NCBI GenBank assembly: GCA_003221005.1
Contig: QHTZ01000038.1
Location: forward strand, 1 to 11,189
Length of the DNA: 11,189 nucleotides
Direction of reading: 5' to 3'
Origin: Gemmatimonadota bacterium
Lineage (GTDB): Bacteria > Gemmatimonadota > Gemmatimonadetes > Gemmatimonadales > GWC2-71-9
Shown here: positions 1 through 6,720 of the stretch, in pieces
Layout of the letters: each line of letters starts with the position of its first letter
Position numbering within the stretch: the stretch's first letter is position 1
Translations under genes and position numbers: made by a program
The notes under the pieces: model-generated
What the model saw: only the letters and a program-made list of their open reading frames with translations
Databases searched by the model: none
What the model was told of the DNA's origin: nothing

Positions 1-344
1 ATCAGGGCAAGGCTCGCCGCTGCGAGACGGATGCTATGGAGACGACGCTGCGACGTCCGGGGCACTACCCAAAGGGCGAGCGCGAGCATGGCAGGTGACG
101 CCCAGCCCCAAAACACGATGTTCGTGTGGACCGGCCGCAGACGCCCGAAGGATAGCCACTGCGCGACGCCCAGATCGGGCCAGACGAATTTCAGTGCGAG
201 GTAGGCGCCCACGAGCGTGCCGACCACGAGCCACACCGTGGCGGTGGCGACGTAGGCGTACACCAGGCGGGTCAGGCGCTGGTCAACGTCGATCAGCTCA
301 TCGACGGATGTCTTCCGGACAGCGAGCGGGCGATACCCGGTCAC
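1..344 (-). CDS. ccoN: cbb3-type (C-family) cytochrome c oxidase subunit I-like protein, N-terminal part (continues off the left edge)
   Basis: Not in the ORF track. Manual translation from GTG 344 (GGAGG at 353-349): VTGYRPLAVRKTSVDELIDVDQRLTRLVYAYVATATVWLVVGTLVGAYLALKFVWPDLGVAQWLSFGRLRPVHTNIVFWGWASPAMLALALWVVPRTSQRRLHSIRLAAASLAL. The WLSFGRLRPxHTN signature of CcoN/FixN (helix II heme-ligand His) lies between hydrophobic helices. No stop before position 1. Confidence 0.88.
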   Translation of the reverse strand, partial: MTGYRPLAVRKTSVDELIDVDQRLTRLVYAYVATATVWLVVGTLVGAYLALKFVWPDLGVAQWLSFGRLRPVHTNIVFWGWASPAMLALALWVVPRTSQRRLHSIRLAAASLAL

Positions 345-431
345 AGCCCCTCCGCGCAGTGCAACGGCGCCCTTCGTCGCCGCCCGGCTAAGATGGGAGA
401 GTCTGGTGCCCCGGTCCAGGGCAAGTGCGAT

Positions 432-779
432 TCAAGCCATCATCTCCCGGATTTCCACCTCGCAGTCCCACCCGGGGAAGTGCTTGACGTGCAGATCCAG
501 GAAGCGGCGGGTCCACTCCTTCGCCTCGGCGCGCGACGGCACCTCGTAGATCGCGAAGCCGCCGATCACCTCCTTGGCCTCGGTGAACGGCCCGTCCGTC
601 ACCGTCACCTTGCCCTTCGCGAGGCGCGCCCTCGCGCCCTTGCCGCTGGGCAGGAGGCCGCCCACGCCCACGAGCCGCTTGCCGGCATCCTTCATCAGCT
701 GGTCGATGCCCTCGATCAGCGCCGGGGGCGGGGGTGCGTGATGCTCGGAACCCTTCACGATCGTCATGTACTTCGGCAT
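432..779 (-). CDS. YciI family / DGPF-domain protein (115 aa)
   Basis: MPKYM N-terminus, GGLLPS, VTDGPFTEAKEVIGGFAIYEVPSRAEAKEW and C-terminal EVEIRE are typical DGPF(AETKE) motifs. AAAGGA SD lies upstream of ATG 779. Confidence 0.93.
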   Translation of the reverse strand: MPKYMTIVKGSEHHAPPPPALIEGIDQLMKDAGKRLVGVGGLLPSGKGARARLAKGKVTVTDGPFTEAKEVIGGFAIYEVPSRAEAKEWTRRFLDLHVKHFPGWDCEVEIREMMA

Positions 780-821
780 CGGCTGGTCCTTTCGCGTTGT
801 GGTTGACCAAAGTCCTCGGTC

Positions 822-1238
822 TCAACGGGTGACCGTGCGGCTGTCGAGGACGTCCCGAAGGGCATGCAGGTCCCGCTGCACGGCGCGCGCGTCCGCCTCG
901 AATTCCGCATCGGAAATGCCCGGCCGGCGAAATAGCGTGAACATGATTTCACTGCGGCCGCCCTCACGCGGGACGACGCGCATCGGATTGTGAATCGAGA
1001 CGCCGGACTCGAGCGTCACGTCGTGGTGCAGCACTCCGAATGCGTTGAGCTCAACGAAGCGCACCTTCACCGTTCCCATCGGCGAGCGGGCGATCCATTC
1101 CCCGCCGACGTGCTCGATCGAGGTGGCGAGACCGCGCGCCCAATGCGGCAGGTTCTCGGGCTGCGACGCGAACGCATAGACCTCGTGCGGCGGTCGGTTG
1201 ATCGCCACGCTGATGTGGCGGACATCCGCAGGGGTCAT
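822..1238 (-). CDS. SRPBCC/START-like (polyketide cyclase/dehydrase-type) ligand-binding protein (138 aa; alternative start 1331)
   Basis: HISVAINRPPHEVYAFASQPENLPHWARGL, FGVLHHDVTL, NPMRVVP, SEIMFTLFRRPG and a C-terminal helix FEADARAVQRDLHALRDVLD. Strong AGGAGG SD 8 nt before ATG 1238. ATG 1331 also has a GGAG SD. Confidence 0.87.
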   Translation of the reverse strand: MTPADVRHISVAINRPPHEVYAFASQPENLPHWARGLATSIEHVGGEWIARSPMGTVKVRFVELNAFGVLHHDVTLESGVSIHNPMRVVPREGGRSEIMFTLFRRPGISDAEFEADARAVQRDLHALRDVLDSRTVTR

Positions 1239-1361
1239 TGCAGCACCCTCCTGGCCGGCGTCGCTCGCGCCCCGATGGACGCACCCCGAAGGCAACGGGA
1301 TGACGGCCAGCGCACGCCTGATCCGGGCCATGGATGTCTCCGGTCATGGGTCCTCGACAGC

Positions 1362-1388
1362 GACGAACGAGTCGCCCAGAAATCGACC
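1362..1388 (-). promoter_or_regulatory. Putative ECF42-type sigma factor promoter for the SRPBCC-DGPF genes
   Basis: Minus strand reads GGTCGA-TTTCTGGGCGACTCGTT-CGTC (-35 at 1388-1383, 17-nt spacer, -10 at 1365-1362). This matches the described ECF42 motif (-35 TGTCGA, -10 CG(A/T)C), which usually precedes DGPF genes, with one mismatch. Confidence 0.7.
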
Positions 1389-1441
1389 GTCACGTCTCCC
1401 CGTCGAGGCGGGCCAATGCATAGCTCAAGGGTGCTCGGGAG

Positions 1442-1450
1442 TGCTAGAAT
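1442..1450 (+). promoter_or_regulatory. Putative extended -10 promoter element (TGcTAGAAT) for the DUF1579-like gene
   Basis: One mismatch to TGnTATAAT in an AT-enriched patch of a high-GC intergenic region, about 90 nt upstream of ATG 1539. Confidence 0.45.
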
Positions 1451-1494
1451 CGAGGGCATCGCTAAGTTACGCGAGTGAAACGTGCACCGCGCCA

Positions 1495-1519
1495 CCAGGG
1501 AACGGCGGCGCCAGGGAAC
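1495..1519 (+). repeat. Short direct repeat CCAGGGAAC x2 (16-nt period) in the 5' leader
   Basis: CCAGGGAAC at 1495-1503 and 1511-1519, followed by GGGAA at 1522-1526 running into the AAGGAGG SD. Confidence 0.5.
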
Positions 1520-1538
1520 TTGGGAAGGAGGAACCACC

Positions 1539-2180
1539 ATGAGGTCTTTGGGCCAGGTGTCTCGGTGGATGGCCGCCGTCACGACAGGAGCGATCGTTGT
1601 TGCCTGCGCACAAAGCGCCGCTGACGAAGCAAGGACGCGCAAGGCAGGCGCCGAACCCCGGCGCGACATGATCGCCGTGCTTCCGGCTCTCGGGCCGCAC
1701 CCCTCGCTGGGCCACCACGCGGACCTCTTCGGGCGCTTCGTGGGGACGTGGGACGCCGACTACGCGTTCATCGCCGAGGACGGCAGCGTTCGCCATAAGC
1801 GCGGCGAGGTTCTCTTCGGATGGATCCTGGACGGCTACGCGTTGCAGGACATCTTTCTCAGCTACCCCAAGCCTGGCTCGAACGAGGAGCGCAAAATGGT
1901 TAGCGGGGTGCGGTGGGTTGACCCCAAGACCGACAAGTGGACCGTGATGTTTGCGGCGCCAGCCTTCAACGTGGCCATCCGGATGGCAGGGGGGGCCGAG
2001 GGAGATCGCATCGTGCTGCGCGGCCATGACGACCAGGGTGCGGAGCTGCGCTGGTCATTCAACGACGTCACTCCGGATTCGTTCATCTGGCGCGGCGAGA
2101 CGTCGCACGACGGCGGTAAGACGTGGCGGCTCGAGGAGGAGCATCACATGACTCGTCGTGCCGGAGGCCGCTCCGGCTAA
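1539..2180 (+). CDS. Putative lipoprotein, DUF1579-like beta-barrel hypothetical protein (213 aa)
   Basis: AAGGAGG SD at 1525-1531 before ATG 1539. Signal peptide ends in VVAC (lipobox-like). FGRFVGTWD, FGWILDGYALQD, RWSFNDVTPDSFIWRGETSHDGGKTW resemble DUF1579-like proteins. Confidence 0.75.
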   Translation: MRSLGQVSRWMAAVTTGAIVVACAQSAADEARTRKAGAEPRRDMIAVLPALGPHPSLGHHADLFGRFVGTWDADYAFIAEDGSVRHKRGEVLFGWILDGYALQDIFLSYPKPGSNEERKMVSGVRWVDPKTDKWTVMFAAPAFNVAIRMAGGAEGDRIVLRGHDDQGAELRWSFNDVTPDSFIWRGETSHDGGKTWRLEEEHHMTRRAGGRSG

Positions 2181-2212
2181 ACCATCCTAGTCGACTCGGG
2201 ACTGGCCCGGAA

Positions 2213-3148
2213 CTACCTGAGCGCCTCCTCGAGCAGCGCCGCCAGGCGGTAGCCGGCAAGGGCGATCTGCCGTTCGGAAACCGTCACGGCTTCCGCCTGA
2301 TAGGCGACGGTCGGTGCGGCGCCGCGCCGCAGACCGTCGTACACGACGGTCTGCACGATGTGCAGGCACTCATGCTCCCACTCCGCAACGTCGCGCGATG
2401 CCGTGGCCTCCGCGCGCGATGACCCCGGGTGCTCCTGCTCGATGCGGCGAGCGTTGTGCGTAGCGTACGTGATGGAGTCCTCGCCCGGCTGGCGCGGGAC
2501 GCCTGCCTCTAGAATGTCGTCCCAGTAGGCGTGCAAATTGTGGTTGTCGTCGAGGGCGAACCTGTTGCCGCCCAGATCGCCGCGCGGGAGCGGCTCTTCG
2601 GGCGTGACCCGCGAGCTGCAATGGAGCGGCTGGTGGATGTCGCCTACCAGGTGCAGCAGCCACGCGAGGTCCACGGCCTTGGTGGTGTCGGCGACGCTTG
2701 CGTCGGCGAGCGCCGCACGGAATGCGGCGATGCGCTCGCCGGCGTTCACACTGTCGGGGCCGGTGCCCGGCAAGTCATGCGGGTGTCCATTCACGACGTC
2801 CCAGTAGAAGTCCGCGTAGTGCCAGGCGGGGCGGTTGTACACGGTCCAATCCTGGTCGCGGTTGCGCACGAGGTCGGGCCAGGTGGCGGCGTTGAGAAAC
2901 AGGGCGCGATTGCGCTCGGCGTCCGTGCCCTCCGCTGGCCGGAGCGAAGCGAGCTTCGCGCGCGCGGGTCCATGGAGGAGAAGCGCGACGGCGCGCGCCC
3001 GGGCACGCGGCGTCATGGCGTCCCACGCGATCGCAGCGACCGTGCGGTGGCCGGCGGCGTTCCAGGCGGAGGCGAGCACCGGCGAAGCGAGCACAGCGGC
3101 GCCGGCCATGGCGAGGATGCGAAGCCTGGGCCGCCCGGCGCCGCCCAT
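2213..3148 (-). CDS. Secreted S1/P1 nuclease (trinuclear zinc; 311 aa precursor)
   Basis: Signal peptide ...AVLASPVLASA followed by mature WNAAGH (W1/H6). Also ATWPD, WHYAD, LLHLVGDIHQPLH, GDLGGN, NLHAYWD and QIALAGYRLA, so the S1/P1 zinc-ligand motifs are present. ATG 3148 overlaps the upstream TGA (TGATG). Confidence 0.93.
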   Translation of the reverse strand: MGGAGRPRLRILAMAGAAVLASPVLASAWNAAGHRTVAAIAWDAMTPRARARAVALLLHGPARAKLASLRPAEGTDAERNRALFLNAATWPDLVRNRDQDWTVYNRPAWHYADFYWDVVNGHPHDLPGTGPDSVNAGERIAAFRAALADASVADTTKAVDLAWLLHLVGDIHQPLHCSSRVTPEEPLPRGDLGGNRFALDDNHNLHAYWDDILEAGVPRQPGEDSITYATHNARRIEQEHPGSSRAEATASRDVAEWEHECLHIVQTVVYDGLRRGAAPTVAYQAEAVTVSERQIALAGYRLAALLEEALR

Positions 3149-4326
3149 CAGGGACGTTCCCGCACCCCTCCCGCCTCGCTCGCCCACCGAGCTACGCTGG
3201 CCGCAACGTTGGTTTCGCGGTCACGTAGGCGGGCTACAACTCCAGCGTGGTCGGACGGCCAGATCAGATACGCGGGGCCCGGCACGCGGTCGCCCGGCCG
3301 GTTGCCGACCACCGCGATTCTGCCGTGGAGCGCGCCGTCCGGGCCCTCGAGGCCGCGCGCGAACACGTAGTCGATTCGCTCGAACAGGAGCGGGAGGGGG
3401 TTGGAGAGGTCGGGGGGCTCGCAGCAGGTGAGTCCGGCCACACCGGGTCGCAAACGTGCCCACGTGTCCGTAAACCCGGCGCCCGTGACCACGCCGTACA
3501 TCGGCGACCCTTCGGTATCGTTGAAATCGCCGAGCAGGATCGCGCGCGGTGCGGCGCCGACTGACGCGACCAGCTCGGTCGCCTGCGCGGCGCGCAGCGC
3601 GGGGAAGGCCGGGGTGGTGTTCGAACCCGACTCGAGATGCGTGCTCGCGACCGTAATACGCTCGCCGCCGATCAGCGCATCGATCTGGACCCACCCGCGC
3701 TTCAGCTCGACCCCGGGTGCCACCACGCCGAGATTCGTGCTGTAGGTGTGCGCCGCGACGCCGGGGAGCACCGTCACGCGATCCGCGTTCACCAGGATGA
3801 CGTCCTCATCGGTGAGGTTGATGGCTCCGGAGAGCAGGAACGCGGTGACGTTGGTGACCCGGCCCGCCACCGCGTAGTGCAGCCCGCGCCGCGCGAGCGC
3901 CGCGCCGAGGATCGCGAGGAAGTTCTGGTTGATGGCGACGGGAAGCCCAAGGCTCGTGAGGTCGATGTGCAGCTGCTCGACCTCCTGCAGCCCGATGACG
4001 TCCGGCCGCGGGCGGGCGATCTCGTCCGCGAGCGCCTCGGCGCGCGTCGGGAAATCGGTATGCTGCAACACCGCGATGGCGTCGAGCAGCGTCGGCACAT
4101 CGTCCGCCGGGTCCGGTGACGCGAGCGCGGCGATCACCACGTCCACGTCCGCACCGATATAGAGATTGCGGGTCATCGCGGTCACACCGAGCGCCTGGGG
4201 ATCTCTGGCCCGGACGTCGTTCCGTCCAAGGTCCGCGACCAGTGGGGAATCAGGCGCGGTCGAGTCGGCGCAGGCGGCGGTGAAACCGACGACCAACAGG
4301 AAGCAAAGATAACAGCGCGTCTTCAC
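3148..4326 (-). CDS. Endonuclease/exonuclease/phosphatase (EEP) family lipoprotein (392 aa)
   Basis: GTG 4326 with GAGGAGG SD. Signal VKTRCYLCFLLVVGFTAAC (lipobox-like). EEP motifs MTRNLYIG, PDVIGLQEV, STHLES, LLGDFND, FTDTW, RIDYVF and WPSDHAGV. Confidence 0.92.
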   Translation of the reverse strand: MKTRCYLCFLLVVGFTAACADSTAPDSPLVADLGRNDVRARDPQALGVTAMTRNLYIGADVDVVIAALASPDPADDVPTLLDAIAVLQHTDFPTRAEALADEIARPRPDVIGLQEVEQLHIDLTSLGLPVAINQNFLAILGAALARRGLHYAVAGRVTNVTAFLLSGAINLTDEDVILVNADRVTVLPGVAAHTYSTNLGVVAPGVELKRGWVQIDALIGGERITVASTHLESGSNTTPAFPALRAAQATELVASVGAAPRAILLGDFNDTEGSPMYGVVTGAGFTDTWARLRPGVAGLTCCEPPDLSNPLPLLFERIDYVFARGLEGPDGALHGRIAVVGNRPGDRVPGPAYLIWPSDHAGVVARLRDRETNVAASVARWASEAGGVRERP

Positions 4327-4465
4327 CCGACCTCCTCTTGTGAGGCCCTGGGTGAAGCTAGCCACGCTGACGCACGTAATGCAGGCCCACGACACCGGTC
4401 GGGTATGGGCTCGCGGCACGCAAGCCGAATGTCGCATGCAGCCCGTCCGGCAGGACACGCTTGCC

Positions 4466-4492
4466 GTCGCGCGAGGCTGCCCGGAATCGACA
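4466..4492 (-). promoter_or_regulatory. Second putative ECF42-type promoter, oriented toward the EEP-S1/P1 genes
   Basis: Minus strand reads TGTCGA-TTCCGGGCAGCCTCGCG-CGAC (-35 at 4492-4487, 17-nt spacer, -10 at 4469-4466). Both elements match the consensus exactly, with the same spacing as the copy at 1362-1388. Confidence 0.6.
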
Positions 4493-4513
4493 GCAAGGGC
4501 TAACGTGTATCGC

Positions 4514-5374
4514 ATGGCGGCGCCGTCTCGGCCCTTCGTCTTGCGCTACTTCTTCGTTGTTGCATACGCGTGGACCTGGGCGTTCAATCTGGTGAAGATC
4601 CTCGCGCAGCGTGGCATCATCGCAGCACCGCTGCCCTTTATCGGCCTGGATATCGCAGCAGGGCTCGGGCCGCTCGTCGCGGCTCTCGTAGTGACCGGGT
4701 ACGAGGCTGGAGGCGCGGGTCGGCGAGCGCTGCTCGGACAGCTGCTGCGCTGGCGAGCGCCCGGGCGCTGGTACGTCAGCGCCATCCTCGGGCCGGTGGT
4801 GCTCACCGCGGGCGCGTTCGCGCTGTGGCTCGCCACGGGTGGTTCGCCGCCGCCCGCCGCGGCCCTGGCGCAGTGGACGCTGCTGCCGGTGTACTTCGTC
4901 TACATCCTGCTGGTCGGTGGCGGTGTGGACGAGGAACTGGGTTGGCGCGGCTACGCGCTCCCACGCCTCCAGGAGCGCTACGGCGCGACCATCGCAAGCC
5001 TGATCCTCGGTGTCGCCTGGGCAGGCTGGCACATCCCGGCGTGGTTCGCGCCGGGCTCTGGGCAGGACGCGATCTCGTTCCCGGTCTTCGTGGTCAGCAC
5101 AATTGCGGCGGCGATTCTCCTCACCTACCTCTACAACAGCAGCGGCGGCAGCCTGCCCGTCGCGATCCTCGCCCACACCGTCTTCGACCTCTGCACGACC
5201 GGCCCGTGGTCCCGGGCGCTCTTCACCCTGCCGCCCGACCAGCGCGGCCTGGATGCATTCAACCTGCTGACCGTCATCGTGGGGATCGTGGCTCTGAGCG
5301 TCGTGCTCACGACCGACCCGCGCACCCTCACAGGTAGGCGGCGGCCGTCGCGCGCAGATGCGCCGGGCGCTTGA
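4514..5374 (+). CDS. CPBP family (CAAX/Abi, Rce1-like) intramembrane glutamic endopeptidase (286 aa)
   Basis: Multiple hydrophobic helices. Motifs EELGWRGYALPRLQ, WAGWHIP and AILAHTVFD. Start uncertain (ATG 4514 or GTG 4505). Confidence 0.92.
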   Translation: MAAPSRPFVLRYFFVVAYAWTWAFNLVKILAQRGIIAAPLPFIGLDIAAGLGPLVAALVVTGYEAGGAGRRALLGQLLRWRAPGRWYVSAILGPVVLTAGAFALWLATGGSPPPAAALAQWTLLPVYFVYILLVGGGVDEELGWRGYALPRLQERYGATIASLILGVAWAGWHIPAWFAPGSGQDAISFPVFVVSTIAAAILLTYLYNSSGGSLPVAILAHTVFDLCTTGPWSRALFTLPPDQRGLDAFNLLTVIVGIVALSVVLTTDPRTLTGRRRPSRADAPGA

Positions 5375-5418
5375 TGGTGAGCGTGGACTGAGCGAGCGAG
5401 AGCGGCCGCAGACCCGCT

Positions 5419-6672
5419 TCAATTACTGAGTGCCTCCTTCACCACCCTTCGCGCACTCGCGATCGCCCCATGCACGGTCCCGTTCTGCCCATCCGATTCC
5501 GTCGCTTCCCCCGCGAAGAAGATCGTCCCCTCGAGCGGCGCACCCAGCTCCTCCCCCGCGCTGCTGCCGCCCACCCCGGCATAGCTGTACGCGCCACGCG
5601 AGAACGGATCGGCCTGCCAGTCGTGACTGAATCCGCCACGCAGCCCCTTCTGTAGCCGCATCGGGTCCATCCCGAGGACTCGGGGCAACGCGTCCACCGC
5701 GACGCGCACGCGCTCTGCCTCGCTCCGCGCGGCGAGCGCCCGCGCATTGGGACCCGCCGCCCACCCCGTCACCACGGGAAGCGGCGGTGGCCGGCTCACC
5801 CACCACACCGGGAACGGCGGATCGCCCGTGAAGAGAAAAGCGTCCGCCGACAGCTGCTCCTGTGCGGCCCAGACCTCGTCGCTTAAGCACAAACTGACCC
5901 GCACCACCGCTCCCATCTCGAGCGTGCTAAGCGCCTGTTCCTTGCCATCGAGTGCCGGCGTAAAGCGGATCCCCCCGGCTTTGAGCACCCCCAAGGGCAC
6001 CGTGATGATCACCCTAGGCGCGGTGTACTCTCGGCCGGCAGACGTCTGGAGGAGCACCCGTTTCGCGCGCCACTCGACGGCCGTCACCACGGCGTTCTGC
6101 TCCACCTCGCAGAGATTGCGGTCGATCCGTTGGAAGATGGCCTCGATGAGGCTGTCGTAGCCGTCAGCAAACCGAAACTGGCGCTCTGCACCCGGTCGCT
6201 CGTCGGCGGCGGTGTTGCGAATGAGCGACTGCACGCTGATGCGCGCGGGATCAGCCGCGTGATATCCTTCGACGAGACGCAAGGCTTGCCCCTTGATCTC
6301 CGGCTCCACGTCCACCCGGTCCACGAGCTGTTGGAACGATTCGTCGGCAGCTCCGGCCGAGGCGAGCGCGAGCAGTCGGTCCATCGCGGCGAAGAAGTTC
6401 GGCACATCGCGCCGCCCCCGCCCGGAGGTCCGGCCTGGTCGGCTGCCCACCTCCCTGAGCCTGAGCCCCGCCTCCTCAACCACTCCGAGAATCTCCCTGA
6501 AGGCCCCGTGCACGAACTCGGCGCCGAGCTCGACCGGGCCATCGGCCGTGTGGTGCGTCATGACGCGGCCGCCCAGACGATCCCGCGCCTCGAGCACGAG
6601 GACGCGCACGCCCGCCGCGGCGAGCTCGCGCGCCGCGGTGAGACCGGCGACGCCCGCGCCGATGATCACCAC
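5419..6672 (-). CDS. FAD-dependent flavin monoamine oxidase / amine oxidase family protein (about 417 aa; start uncertain)
   Basis: VVIIGAGVAGLTAARELAAAGVRVLVLEARDRLGGRV, ELGAEFVHG, VIITVPLGVLK, WQADPFSRGAYSY, IFFAGEAT and GTVHGA. The ORF-track extension to 7326 is antisense to the GNAT gene and was discarded. Confidence 0.9.
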   Translation of the reverse strand: MVIIGAGVAGLTAARELAAAGVRVLVLEARDRLGGRVMTHHTADGPVELGAEFVHGAFREILGVVEEAGLRLREVGSRPGRTSGRGRRDVPNFFAAMDRLLALASAGAADESFQQLVDRVDVEPEIKGQALRLVEGYHAADPARISVQSLIRNTAADERPGAERQFRFADGYDSLIEAIFQRIDRNLCEVEQNAVVTAVEWRAKRVLLQTSAGREYTAPRVIITVPLGVLKAGGIRFTPALDGKEQALSTLEMGAVVRVSLCLSDEVWAAQEQLSADAFLFTGDPPFPVWWVSRPPPLPVVTGWAAGPNARALAARSEAERVRVAVDALPRVLGMDPMRLQKGLRGGFSHDWQADPFSRGAYSYAGVGGSSAGEELGAPLEGTIFFAGEATESDGQNGTVHGAIASARRVVKEALSN

Positions 6673-6720
6673 CTCGGGGCTAAATCGCCTAGATTCGCTG
6701 GGTCTCTTGATGGGTCCTCC

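Noticed and set aside
34-391. ORFs 34-234 (-) and 95-391 (+)
   Set aside because: Low-complexity shadows. The real gene is the ccoN-like frame starting at 344.
2181-2212. Imperfect palindrome (tcctAGTCGACTcggga) between convergent genes as a possible terminator
   Set aside because: No loop, weak stem and no U-tract.
4514-5374. CPBP 'Abi' family name suggesting abortive-infection phage defence next to the nucleases
   Set aside because: The Abi label for CPBP proteases is historical, and most members are not defence proteins. No other defence-island or mobility markers are present.
5375-5418. AGCGG...CCGCT hairpin and GAGC repeats between the convergent CPBP and oxidase genes
   Set aside because: A 5-bp stem without a convincing U-tract is expected by chance at this GC content.
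4358-5422. 354-aa minus ORF and 255-aa plus ORF (4570-5337) over the CPBP gene
   Set aside because: Shadow frames rich in Arg/Gly/Ala/Pro with no motifs. The CPBP frame explains the region.
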